A stretch of 63,985 nt of DNA, counting the filler, from Choristocarpus tenellus KU-1152 (Eukaryota > Protista > Phaeophyceae), in NCBI GenBank assembly GCA_964200185.2. It is 7 parts of 7 records of this genome, joined end to end, with 100 filler letters (N's around TTAATTAATTAA, not from the genome) between each part and the next. Parts side by side here need not be neighbours in the genome. Positions count along the whole stretch, not along the records: positions 19,312 to 30,713 come from CAXNAD020002334.1; positions 30,814 to 48,456 come from CAXNAD020000643.1; 5 more parts are not named here. The stretch is one strand, 5' to 3'. The notes below the pieces were generated by a model, which saw only the letters and a program-made list of their open reading frames with translations, was not told the DNA's origin and made no database searches. The translations under genes were made by a program, and so were the position numbers. Shown here piece after piece: positions 26,901-39,700 of the stretch (positions are counted from its first letter, which is position 1; every line of letters begins with the position of its first letter).

Positions 26901-28071
26901 TAATTTTGGCTATCGTGTTTGTTGGGAAGTGTCAATATCCTTGTCGCAGACACACCTTTCCTAACGTACACATTTTATCTACTCCGAAACATTTAAGAGT
27001 ATGAAAATATAATAAAAATACTTGTGGGAAGCCAATCCCCAAACGGACAAACAGGGCAACGACTCTTACCCTCGAAGATACCTTCACTCAAACGTAGGTA
27101 GCATGTTATGGTTCAGAGGAATTTTCAAGACATCCAATTCACAATTACATTATCTCAAATCCCTGTATGCACGCACGTCTGTTTCCCATCCCATGTGCAA
27201 TTACACTAATCCGGACCTATCTGAATATATTTCATTTCTCCCCACACCTACCCTGTCTTGCTGGCATTCGGTACTGTCCTCATCTATCCTATGATGACGA
27301 GAAAAGAGTAATGAGCCGCACAACGTGAAAGACGTGGTGGCAGCCCTCTCCATTGCTGTGGGAGAGACTGTCAGTTTTGTCCAGGCCACTGATGAACAGT
27401 GCAAGGAGAGTCTCCTAGGAGTGGGGTGAGCTCTTTCCCTTTCCTTCCTCGTTCCCACTCTTTCGCTCTTTCCTGCTCCTACATGACTGCTTGTGGACCC
27501 CATTTATTTTTCTGCACACTTTCCCCATCTAAGTATACTCGAGTATGATTGTACCTGGGCGAGGGGAATGCCATCCAGGTAGATGCTTTCATTTTGTCTT
27601 TTCACCTTACAATCCATTGCTCACTTGTTGATTATAACATTTTTGGCAGAGTTCAACAAACTTTGGTTTTGTTTGCTGTAGAATTGGATGTCACCCTTGT
27701 CCGACATCGTATCTCTTCCCTACCAGATGAAAAAAATGTCTGCCAATTCGGACACAGACCTCCACGCACAAAGGCTTATTCCTATGTGCACAATCAAATT
27801 GCTTTTGATACGCAGCTCTGCGCCCCAACTCTACCCCATTAATTTTCCTATCCACACATCGAAAACCACGTGTGTTCCACATTGCAGCTTACCAGGGTGG
27901 CAGGCAGACGGAATTGTTGAACTGTATGCCATGTGCAATGCTGGCAACTACACCTATCCCAATGGTCCTGAGACGGTCAAGAACCTGTCCGGCCATATGC
28001 CCATGACCGTGGCTGAATGGGTCGACAAGAAGAAGGGAGCATTTGCCACCATCCCTGTCGCCACAGCCTAA
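20932..28071 (+). CDS. NmrA-like / atypical SDR NAD(P)-binding Rossmann-fold protein, 7 exons, 307 aa
   Basis: Exons 20932-21087, 21740-21841, 23134-23199, 23825-24001, 25314-25433, 27307-27425, 27888-28071. All introns GT-AG and phase-consistent (924 nt). Motifs VFVLGASGMVGS (GxxGxxG), VVAGVRDP, KHVVVVSV, GIPYTFIRFPLFMENY, AVSDAA, LSGHMPMTVAEWV. Confidence 0.92.
22840..23011 (+). mobile_element. MITE family B copy (intronic)
   Basis: GACTCAAAGTATCTTGAGGG ... CCCCCCCCAGATACG; body matches 24752-24928 and 60437-60612. Confidence 0.85.
24752..24928 (+). mobile_element. MITE family B, full length (~177 bp, intronic)
   Basis: TIRs GGCTCAAAGTATCTGGGGGGG ... CCCCCCCAGATACTTTGGGTC. Confidence 0.9.
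26831..27089 (-). mobile_element. MITE family A, full length (intronic)
   Basis: GAATCAAAGTATCTTGTAGGG ... CCCTCGAAGATACCTTCACTC; reverse orientation relative to 2608-2868. Confidence 0.88.
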
Positions 28072-29439
28072 GGATTCCGCAACATTGGTGCATTGGAAAC
28101 AGTGCAGTTTTGTGTGCTCGCCTGTCAAACTATCGAAGATTCTACTGCACCAGTGAAACATCAAGCGTCCAAAGTATGTGTGTTTGCCTGAGATACTGGT
28201 TCCTGCTGCACTACGTCCCTACTGTCAGGAAGGAAGCGCACACCAAGTCATGCACATGCACATAGATCATCATTTGGGGATAATATGCAACAGTTTTCTG
28301 TCGGAACTGTACATTCCTTACGTACTTGACAGCGGTCGGTTTTACAATGATGTGTAGTCCTGTTAGCGCTATCCATTATTTTTTTTGTTAAGATTACACT
28401 ACCTTTTAATTGTGTATTATGTGGTTCGAAATTGCACTAGGCACGTAGCTCGTTTTCCCACAGCTATGTCAAAATGTCTCATAGTGTGCTCTTTTGCCTC
28501 TAGAGAAGTGTTGTCTATGTTGGCAGTTCATGTAGTATGTACTTTTTTGTTTGTCATGCAGTCACATCTATGTTCTCTTTGTTGCAATGTTTGGGATAGA
28601 AAACAGATACAACATGATGTTGTACTACTATATAATATGAGGGACAGGAGGATAGTAGGTGGGAGCGGGAAGGAATAACAACTATGAATTGTAGTTGGTC
28701 ATGACCAATATAAATTGCATCGAGTTTTCCTGAGGCAGCAAGAGTCTAACATCTAAAAGAAGTTAACTCACTACTACTGCTTATATTCTAAGTAGCCATG
28801 AAAGTAGTGGCGTGGAACTGTCTGTCTTACTGTCTGTGGTGTGACAATGTAAGTGGGGTTATATTCCCCAAGGCGAGATCGCTGTTTTTGTATTCTGCTC
28901 TTACTTTTTACAAAGTCGAACGACTGTAAGTGACCTCCACAAATCTACAAAATGACTTTTATGTAGTCAAGTGGGACGTAATGAGCGATGAGTTTTGGAT
29001 TGGACGGACTGGGTGTGTCAATGATTTTTTTAAATTATTTTTCGCGTGTTTTCATGTGAGATTTATGAGGATAAGTGATGGTGTTGCTATGTCTTGTCCT
29101 AGGCGTCTGTATTTTGATCATGTTCCTCTTCTTATTCTTTGTAGGCACACAAAGTGAGTTATTTTCTTGTTTTTCTCCTTTTGCGCTTTAAAAAAAATAA
29201 AATTCCTTGGCAGTTCATGTATTTTTTCAAGCACTGTGCATGTAGTAGTTCATATATTGCTACACAAGGTTTGGATATTTATAACCATCGTAGAATCCCC
29301 CCCCCAAAAAATATCAATTTCTATTAGTAGTGCAACAATTCTTGCTGAACACTATTTTAGGGGATGATTGTCCTAAAATGATATTTGTTTTCCTCCTAAC
29401 TAACCCCAACCCAGCCAATCCCTTCATTTTGTCCGTTTT

Positions 29440-29800
29440 AAAGTCGTCACCTTCAAAATTGCCCCGGAGATGTTCCCCCGCCTTTTTGCCATAATTTGAT
29501 TCGGACATAGCTCCCGTTCCCCGAAGCCTGGGCATTCGTGGATAGAAACCTTCTAATGTATAACTGTTGTGGCATTCTGGTGAAAACAAACAAGATTGCC
29601 ACAGAGGGCGAAGCTACTGGTACCACCTTACAAGTCGCCTAAAAGAACCAAAAGATGCAGTTTTTGTGGATCCCAACGTCAGTTTTTTGGTGGAAGGGGA
29701 ATCCAAACTGCAAAAGCGTTGACATTGATGAGCTACAAGGGGCTGTGAACTGCTCCCAATAAAAAGTCTGCATGTCAGTGCGCCTTCACATTGCAACTAG
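29440..29800 (-). mobile_element. Decayed DNA-transposase fragment homologous to 58712-59780
   Basis: Shared blocks GAGATGTTCC..CG..TTTTGCCAT..TTTGATT.G..CATAGCTCCCGTTC and AAACAAGA.TGC..CAGAGGG...A.CTACTGG.ACCAC with 58890-59095. Confidence 0.55.
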
Positions 29801-30526
29801 GCATCTCCCGGTCAATGTGGCTTGACAGCATGGAGAAAGCTCGTTTACAACACACAGGTGTAAATATTTCGTTGATTGGTTGGAGTGCCGAGTAGTAGTA
29901 GCACAATACGTAATAATGTGGAGGAATGATCACTGTGATTGTTTACGACCAGTCAGAACAGAGAAGACAATTTTATCTCGAACTTTCCTGTTTTGAATCC
30001 ACCGTTTACGTTAGGGTTTGCGCGAGCCGGTCGTGCGTCTGACCCGCACCACTTAACCTAAGGTGGCCTCAATAGGAAAATGTGTCGCGCGCAAATGCGT
30101 AAGCCTGCGCGCATTATCTCATCATTGTTTTGGGGAGATTCCGAAATGGGGACCTGTCCCTCACACATGTTAAATACCTTTTGCCTGCAGATCTATGTAC
30201 TACTATTAATACTACTTGGTACCACATATAATGTAGTAGTACATAGTACAATACTTACATACTACTAATAATGCTTGTAACTATTTATACTGGTAGTGTT
30301 GTGTACTAAGTTCCATATTGTGGGGGGTAATGAGAATGACCAGAAATGACGTTCAGGAAAGAAGTGAGAGATGAGGCTGAGGCATCCTGCGTGTGAGGGC
30401 TGAGGGTGTCAGAGTAGCACCTTCCTCAATCCCGCTTTGTTTGGCTGCGACCAGTCAGAACAGAAAACACAATCCCCACCTTTGCTAGTTTGAATCCACC
30501 GTTTATATGTCGTGGTCACTCTGAAT

Positions 30527-30713
30527 GACTCGAAGTACCTGAGGGGATGGCGGCTGTCCATATGGGGCCAATTTTTTCATGTCATGATTTTTGGATGATT
30601 TGGTTCCGTACGTTGGATGGATAATGAAAGTGCACTTTTCCTGGTTTTGGTTCAAATGGACACCCTGGTTTAGACCCCCCCCCCCCCCCCCCCCCCACCC
30701 CCCCCGCCACCGA
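30527..30713 (+). mobile_element. MITE family B copy running into the gap
   Basis: GACTCGAAGTACCTGAGGGG..GTCCATATGGGGCC..CAAATGGACACCCTGG followed by poly-C. Confidence 0.85.
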
Positions 30714-30813
30714 NNNNNNNNNNNNNNNNNNNNNNNNNNNNNNNNNNNNNNNNNNNNTTAATTAATTAANNNNNNNNNNNNNNNNNNNNNNNNNNNNNNN
30801 NNNNNNNNNNNNN
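30714..30813. other. Assembly spacer
   Basis: N44-TTAATTAATTAA-N44. Confidence 0.99.
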
Positions 30814-30885
30814 GTGTCAGCAAAAAAAGAGTTGTTTGACCGAAACGGACGCCCCTCACAACCCCCCCCCCAGATACTTTGACCC
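30814..30885 (+). mobile_element. Right end of a family-B-related MITE
   Basis: CCCCCCCCCAGATACTTTGACCC terminus. Confidence 0.75.
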
Positions 30886-31599
30886 GAAGAGAAACCTTCC
30901 CCAGAAGTGTCCAATGGAGGTCACCGTCCATAGAGTCATGGTATGCGTAAAAGTACAATATACTCAATGAATCGAAAAATAAAACTGGAAATGGGCACAT
31001 GATAAATGCTTGTGACTACTTCAACATTTTTTTCTGATAGGGTATTCTGATAGTCTGCTAGGGTAAAACAAAAACGAGTATTATTGCACCTTCTAAGGAA
31101 TCAGCATTTATTCCGTAAGGCTACCTATGTGCTACGAATCTCGTATACTGCTCGCGCTTGTTAGAACACGAGAAGAAATGCTCGTGCTATTTGCCTGTAA
31201 CAAAATTGCCATCTTTTTTCCATTTCTTGGGATCCTTAGAATGCAGCCCTGCCTACCTCTCAAACGGTTTGACTCAGGGAAATGTGGAACCTAATGAATT
31301 TTGTGATTGAGAGAATTCGTTGTGGTCGACGAGTAAACCACCTGACATTCTGAAGGGAGAAAAAGAAAATGTAAGGAGAGTGGATAAAGGATTAAAGAAG
31401 GATGGCTCAAAGGCAATCAATCTGGAAATCGAGTAAGTCAGAGTGAGTTGGGTTGAGGTCCCAGGGGCAGGAAAGAGAGTTGAGGGAATAAATACGATAG
31501 AGGCAAGGTTTGTGTAGGACTAGGGGGGTAGACTCATGGCAGCTACTTAGGCATTCTAAGGTTTCCGACCTACTCACCATCGTGAATGCTTTTGAGTCT

Positions 31600-31765
31600 T
31601 TGCTTAATTGTGGTGTCACTTTATGTGTGGAAGGCAAGAACAACAATTTTGCCTACACCATTGTGGATATTGAGCAATAAAACAGAGTGTACTGCACAGG
31701 GTAAGAAAGGTGGCTTAGACTGTGAAGGGTTCAAACCTGCCTACCTCTCAATTGATTGGCTCACC
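31600..31765. repeat. Dispersed repeat homologous to ~61020-61185 (unclassified decayed TE)
   Basis: GGTGTCACTTT.TGTGT.GAA...CAATTTTGC.TACAC.ATTGTG...AGCAATAAA...GTGTA.TGCACAGGGTAA.AAAG...CTTAGA.TG...TCAAACCTG present at both loci. Confidence 0.75.
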
Positions 31766-32041
31766 AATGAGTGGGAAGATGGGTGGTAGGTAGGGCGAGG
31801 CCAAGGTCGGGTGGGGTAGATGTATCTTCTAGTTCAAAGGGACGGACAGTATGGGGTGGGTGGTTGTGGGTCAAGGCCAGGTGGGGTAGACGCGTCTTCT
31901 AAGTTCAAAGGCAGAGTATTAGGGTGGTGAAGGTGGAGTGTTTGGGGTAATTGTGGGATGTTCTTGGATGAATGTGGAATGTTGTGAAGGAACTTGGATC
32001 ATCACGGATGGAGGTGAACCGTTTTGGGAGGATTGGTGTCA

Positions 32042-32182
32042 GAGTGGATACACGGAAATTGGTCACATTAGTGTGTGGGTGGGTACACGGAAAGAGGCCA
32101 CATTGGTTTGTGAGTGGATACGCAGTAACCGGTCATATTGGTTTGTGAGGGGATACATCTTAATTGGCTACAGTGGTTTGGA
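32042..32182. repeat. Degenerate 35-bp tandem repeat x4
   Basis: Units resemble GAGTGGATACACGGAAATTGGTCACATTGGTTTGT. Confidence 0.75.
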
Positions 32183-33779
32183 GAGTACATAAATATACAT
32201 GCGTGGATTATCCACATAATTGGGGTGATATAAAAAGGTGGTGATGTGGACTTGGTGTGGTAACAAGGTGGTAGTTCGGCGTTGGTGTGGTATGAAGTGA
32301 GTGGTATGCCTTTAGTTGAAAAGGAGAGGAGTGAAGGCGAGGTTAGGAGTGGGTAATTCGTTTAATCCAGAATTGGTCAGCAAAACAAACCTGTTTCTTG
32401 TGGATAAGTACAAGATGGAAGATAATATTCCTGTAATACTTCCTCCCCTTGTACCTGCCACATTGACCCATCAACTTCAAACTTCTTGGGTGGAAACTCT
32501 AGATTAGATGAGGACTCGATCAGAGACGCTTCTACGGTGCATCTCGAACAGATTACCACCTGATATACACGACAAATACACCACAAATACACCACAAAAA
32601 GGTTCCAATTTGGGAAAGTCTGTGAAAAACGCATGTATTTAAAAGAGAAGTTTATCAAATAAAACTTTGTAGTAAAACAAACTTGATAGTTGTTGAAGTC
32701 CTCACATAACCGATTAAATACCAAAATATATGACAATGTCTTCATTTCACATCCGACATCCAAATATTGTATCTAAAATAGATTGACCTTTCACTTTTTT
32801 TACCTTGGCATGGAGCGTGAGTGCCTTACAACCAAGGTACAGGATCCAACAGGAATCACTACAAAGGTTCGTCACTCCGAATTCATCTTTTGCGCCTGCT
32901 TCGAGTTCTTGCTTCTATATTTATAGCTACCCAATTGCCCCGATTGACTTTTCTTCTTGCGCTGCAGAACCTTCTACTGTACCCAGGAATCCCCCTTAAG
33001 GAGATTGTCAGCGTGCTGCAGGCTTCCTTCTCACTTGGAACCACGAAGGTTAGTAATTTCTAAGGGATCTAAAGCAATAGTTTACATTTTTACAGCGAGG
33101 TCTGGTAGCTGGTTGTGAGTAACCATGTATCATAGCCATGTTGTGAAGTGTTGAGACTATTTTTGTAGCTCCAGGTTCCGCAGTGTAATGCTGTCTATGC
33201 AGCTGGTTCCTATTGACCTACAATATATTGCCACGGTGAGCATTAGAGGTCACAATTGATCAACACGAAGCGCCTCGTCCCTCAGTTCCCCCCCTTTTTT
33301 GTTGGCTTCACGCAAATACCTCTGTTCCCTTCTCACTGCCCCCGCGCCTCGATTGCCATTGGATGGTTTGTGCATAGGTTGTAGGCCTGTGGGATATTTC
33401 GCAGGACATCTACTTTCCCCTGACCCTCTTGTCAAGGGCGCCGAAATACTTCGCCTCAAGACCACCGTACAGGATCGTTCCAGAGGTGGTGCCCTTAACA
33501 GGCACGTAGGACTGTATGCATTCCTGCATCTTGTGCGAGAGTCGGTGCAATGCAGAGTGCAAAGATCAAAATATACTTTATGTTACAATTACTTGTGTCA
33601 TATCGTTTTGGCATTCAGAGGGTTGATGTCAAATTTCGTGGCCTGGTATCATGTTTCCATAGGGCAAACCTCCCTTTCCAGAATGATATTTTGCACCTGT
33701 AGTCTTTCACCACACCCAACAGCCCTTAGATATAGTGAATTATTCAATCAATGGATATATATACTTTCCCCCCAAATAG

Positions 33780-36700
33780 GTGAACTGGCTCAAAATGAAC
33801 CACGGAGTCTGAGCGACCTCAGCCCAGGTCAACTTGTGGACTTAAAACGAACGTTTGCGTCTGTGCCTGATAGTAGGGTGGATAAAGACAGTTTCTGCAA
33901 GATCTTCAGTTCCGTGCTTAGAGAGGTGTGAACATACATCGTACCAGGGTTAAATCGTTATAGTCCAAAGTGCCTTTTTACTCCAACCCCTTAATGGAAA
34001 TGTCTCAATGCCCTCATATCTAAAGTCTGTGCCCTGTTTTTAGGTGCCGAACACGTTCTCCTTGGTGAACGATCTCTTCTCACTATTTGACAAGGATGGG
34101 AACGGGTTTGTGCATGCTACAGATTTCCTGTCGGGCCTGTCAGCTGTGGTGGCGGACACTGAAGAGGAACAATTAAAGACAGCATTCCAGATCTACGATG
34201 TAGAGGGAGATGGGCTTGTATCATACCAGCAAATGCTGCAACACCTCACGTCCACCTTCACAGTGATGCAACAAAACAGGCCAGAGGTGTTTGAGGAGAA
34301 CCAGGTATTTTTAGGTGTGAATGTTATGTCAGGCAATGGTTATGAATTTGATTACACCTGCTTCAGCTTTCTAACAAGTGAGTAGGTCTAATGTGCTGTT
34401 GTATTTATTTTTGAACGGTTGTTCCAGATAGATAGATACGAAAAAGGTAAATGGTAGGATGATGTTCCACCAGAGTACATTGTTAGTGTGTAGGCTAGGT
34501 TCTTTCGCACTCACACATACCATGCAATTCTTGGACCATAGATGTGAAACACGCTTAGAGTGGTTGTGCTTGCAGCATGGGTGCTAAATCAAGTGGATAC
34601 TTTTTCAATTTGTGTGCTAAACCAAGTGGATACCTCTTCAACTTGTGTGCTAAGTCAAGTGGATTCTTTTTCAACTTGTGTGCTAAATCAGGTTGGCAAG
34701 AGATATTAGGGCGCTTGACTTACAACACTCTGGTTTGTATATGCTTTGAGCTATAGTTGCTCCTCTGATCTCTGTCCATGACTTGCTTGGGGTTACCTCA
34801 GACCACTCCATTGGACCTTGCAGCAGCAACAACTCGAATGTGCTTCCTGCAGTCAGCACACGTCTCCAATGGGCAACTCTCATATAAGGACTTTGAGCAA
34901 TGGTTGAGAGGAAAAAATGACTTCAAGGAGCTCTTATCAGGGAACATGTTGCCAACACACTGTTGCCCTTTAGAGGTGAGCAATAGACTTCCAATGGTGT
35001 ATGACTTGGACATGCATGCTGTGAATAGCTATATTCTAAATTTTCTAAATATTCTAAATTCAAGGTTGAAACTGATGTCCTTAATGCAGCTATTCAAACC
35101 TGGAGCTGCAAAATATTATGTTAAATCTGTGGAACATTTGACATGAAAATACATGATACATAATCTCTACAGGTATAATCCACCGTAGGCACTTCTTTGT
35201 AACACATTTCACAGATGAGTCAGAGTGACAACTTTGTCACTCTCCTCTGCGGAACAACAATACTCCGGTCCACTTTTCAAGGGTTAATGAGATGTTTAAG
35301 ATACAGTTATGCATGTTTGAGCATTGCTGTGTTTTCCAGTATTAAAAATGGACGGGCTACCTTTCCATTGACATACAGCCTTGTGGTCATTTGGCATGCT
35401 GATTGCTCGTTGGGGCTGGGTTACCTTACATGTGGCCATTGAGGTAGCTTGAGGTGGGTGGGGATGTACTCTGGTCAAGACTACATAAGTTTTTCACCCT
35501 CAGCTTAGGTTTTACACCACCAGGAATCAACTTTCATTATGTTCTAATATCTTGCTTAGCAATGCTGGTAAGATTTCTCTCTAAAAAAATCAATTTTTAA
35601 TGACACAACTGTAACTGCCTCCGTAGTTCACTACACCACGCAGTCAATATCCTACATGCCCCATTGATAATACTCATCCAGTCCATACCTGGAACTCGAT
35701 CCAGTCACCCTCTATGGCTAATGCTCACACATCAGGATCAACTGATGTGGATGTGCACTTTGGTGCTTCCTTACTGAGGCTGGGACTCTTTTCAGTGAGG
35801 ACAATGCTGCAAGGTTTGGTGTCAGCAGCATCAGAAGAGGGGCACCTCACACAGTGAGTACTGAGGTGTTCAATCCAATGTCTTCCTTGTCAGAGGATCA
35901 CAAATGTAAGAGAGTAGTTTGCTTTTGGTGAGAAACAAGATGTCTTGTTGGTATGTTTGAGAAGAATCAACTAACCGGTGCAAAAAGAGATCCTGATGAG
36001 GTTCACTTTTTGTCTGCATGCACAGGCTAATGTTCAACAATTTTTTACAAGGCTTGGACTGTGTGGAAGATGGTTGTCTGCCAGTGGAAACTGACGTTGC
36101 CAAATTATCCCAAAGTATATTTTGGATGTTTGACACACACCGGAGAGGAGTAGTGCATGTGCTGGATATGGCGGCTGGACTAGCCCTACTATGTGATGGA
36201 GGTGTAGAGGTATCTGGGCTCACTTCGACCTTTGAGTTGTATTGTGGTGCTACTGAAACTGGTTTGAGCATGCATGAGATGACGAGCTTCATGTCATCTG
36301 TGTTGAAGGTGATGTGCCATGGTGGTATATGGTGTATGTGAACTGTAAAGCAGTGTGGTGCATACGAATTGTGGTAGTAGTCTGTGGACTCAGGTTTCCA
36401 AGTAGGAAGTGTATGTCTGGCATGTTTCATGCTACAGTGTCTCTTGACCGTGTCTCATCACTCTTTTGAAGGAGTAACTGCTGATTTTGATATGATCACT
36501 AGGTACTGTTTGCAACATCCCCTGAAGACTGGGAGCCACTTGGTGTCACTCCAGAGGACATGGCCAAGGCGGCAGTTATTGATTATTTGGCACACCAGGG
36601 TCTTGACCCAGCTTATCGTCTGAGTTTTGCAGACTTCAATGCATGGTGAGTAATTGGTTGTCTCTCAACCCTGTCATCAAAAGTAACCATTAATGCCATA

Positions 36701-39700
36701 CATGAAAGGAATGCTATAGACAAAGGGAACAGTCCTGGATATTGTCCCTCTTGGTATGATTGAACTGTACATACTATACATAATGTAGATTGTTTTTACA
36801 ATGTAAAATCTCATGGTGCAGTTGTTTGAAGTTTTTTTGTTGCAATATACCTTGGCAGTCTATTGCTAGCATTGATCTTGTCTGTATGTTGTCTGCCAAG
36901 TTTTGTTGATTCGGTTGTAGTGATTTCTAGTAGTACTGATTGTGGAGATGTTAAGAAAGGGACTCTCTCGGGAAGGTATCTTATATCATAGACAGGCAAG
37001 GTCAAAGGCCCTAGAGAGTCATATATACATATATACATATATACATTCTGTTGACATGGTGGTGTTGATAGGGCATTGACTGATCATGTTATGATTCAAC
37101 TCTGTTGTCCTGCTAGATCCTAATTATTATATTATTGTAGACTTAGTGCAGTAAGTGTGGATGGTGCAATTCCTTGGACAGGAAGCAGTCTTTACCTGCC
37201 CTTTCAGGTTTCATGCAACATTGTCTTTTATTTTGTATATATATTGTATCTATCAATTAGTAGCTTCTAGGGTTAGAACAGCATGTTCTATGAAGAAGGC
37301 CGCGACACATTCTATATTTGATGCACAGGTATGTGCTGCCTAGTCCTAGCACTGTATCTGCTGTGAGAGGGGCAAGTACAAGGCCATGTGAGGTGAAAGG
37401 GGTATGGATGCCTCTGCTTGGAGAACTAAGGCTGCATGATGTACAGACTGTGCTAGACCTGCTTGCTGCTTGTGTGGATCAGCAGGAAGATGTCTCCCTG
37501 CCAGCATTCCTGGGCTGCATTGGAGCTCTTGTTGAGGTGAGTTGGGTTCTCACCTGAACAGCTGCTCTTTGTTGCTGTTTTTTTTATGGGACAGTTTCAA
37601 AGGTTTTGAACAATTGCTGCTTTGGAGGTGCATATTCCTTTATAATCAGTAATAGCCACGTTCAGTGACTTAAAGAGCTTGTTGCACCAAGAGGCACATA
37701 ATAATAATAATACATCCAGTTCATAGACACTAAATAAAAAATGTTTTTATTTGATGTTGTGTGTGTTTGACCAACCTGATTCCTGCCCATATTGTTTTGA
37801 GTCAGGTGAACAACCATGGTGAACTGCCTACCAAGGACCAAACGGACCTTAAGGTGAATTGGGATCTTGTGGACAATCTGATGTCTGGTTGGTGACATGA
37901 TACAGTCTCTGTATGTGATCTTGTTCATTTTTGTCTCTGTGTACTTTGAATGACTAATAGCATGTCTATCTTGTGATCTTGTTGCAAACAAACTCTCCAG
38001 ATGCTTCTGGTCCGCCTGTACAACCTGTTTGACCCTCATGGACAGGGGAAAGTGCCCTTCAGGGACTTGGCAAGGTACACATTTTTTTTACAGGATGTTG
38101 ACCTCATTGTTGTGTGCATTGCCTTCTAACAAGCAGCCTATGCATTCAAGAGCAGATCCTTCTCTCTGCCTGAGGAGGATTTTGTTTTGTTCACAGAGTG
38201 TTTTTCATCTACTCCGCATTTCCACATTGAGATCAATTGCCTGAGTTTAGCTGGTTGTAAGTCCCCTTTGCCTAAGCTGTAATGCTGGATCCTTCCTGTT
38301 TGACCATAACATTAATCTTTCCTTCTTCTTCCACCAATGCCACTTCTTAAAATATTTAGTCCATGAGAAATTTACACTGGGGGGGGGGGGATTATGTCTT
38401 CCCTCTGAGAAAGTATAGATGTTTCTCCGCTCCCTGCTGCAATCAATAGCTTGCATCTATCGAAACCCACTTCCTTAGACTGTCATGGATATTCATGAAG
38501 TGACATCATGGTGTGATTTCTCACGTATGCTGGTTATGCAGTGGTCTGAGTATTTTGTGCAGGAGCGATGATGGATACAAAGTTCAGGCGGTGTTTGACA
38601 TCTTTAAAAGTGATGCAGATGGATGCATCAGTCAGTTGGACATGACTCGATACCTTGCTGCAGTGTTTCGGGTTAGTCCTTTCAACTTCACTTCACAGTA
38701 TGTGTGGTGTGTGGTGTGTGGTGTGTGGGGTGTGGGGGTGGATGTTTGTGAATTTTGTGTGTGTGTGTGTTTTTGTGAATTTCCTCTTGTTGAGAACTGT
38801 CTTGTGAAACAGTGCAAAGGTTGACCAGTAAAGGCTGACTGCTTCATTTTGCTTCAACCTTGTGATCCTTTACCTGGGTTAATTGATAGTTGATGAGGTT
38901 GTTGTTGCAACACCCTTGTGTTCACCTCAGGTTTTGTTTGAGGTAGACCCAAGCTCCCTCAGGCATGTCATTGATGCATCAGGAAATAGGACCATGGGCC
39001 CAGCAGAGCTAGCAGATATCACAGCTACACAGGCGTTTGAAATTTCAACGCTCAATGCAGATGGAAAGTTGAGCATGGAGGAGTTTGAAGTGTGGTACTT
39101 CAGGTATGAAACTCTGCTTGTCCCATGAAGGTACTTCTATGATATGGCCCTGCACTATCTGCCTTCTGAACTTTAGTGCGGTACACAAGAGTACCTGTAC
39201 TATGTACAACCTCAGATATTAATATTGTACTTCAAAGCACGATGTTCCACTAGTATCAATCTTAAGCCATCAACCTTAAACGAAGAGCTCACTATCTCTT
39301 GGTGCTTTTGCCTGTTGTAGGAGTATTGTTAGCTATAGCACAAAGGTGACGGATCAGACAATGTTGGAGGGTTCTCTCAAGTCAGAAACCACTCCTTTTT
39401 CTGAGTGTGATGTGCAGCAAGTGTATAGCCTCTTCAAATTGTACAACAGACCAGTGAAGGATGTGTTCAATGCCTTGGAGGAATTAACAAATGAAGATGG
39501 CTTGATTCAGTGGACAGACTTCCGAGACTTTCTATGCTCTTTGGGGGATTTTGGTGCCATGAATTTGCGGGAGGCCTTCAATGCTGTTGAGGTGGCCAAG
39601 ACGTTCTTCAAGCTCTTTGAGAAACAGGGACGTGGTGAGGCTCAATATCATGAGTTGGCCAGTGGGTTATCGGTGAGTGAGTGTGAATCCATATTCCCTG

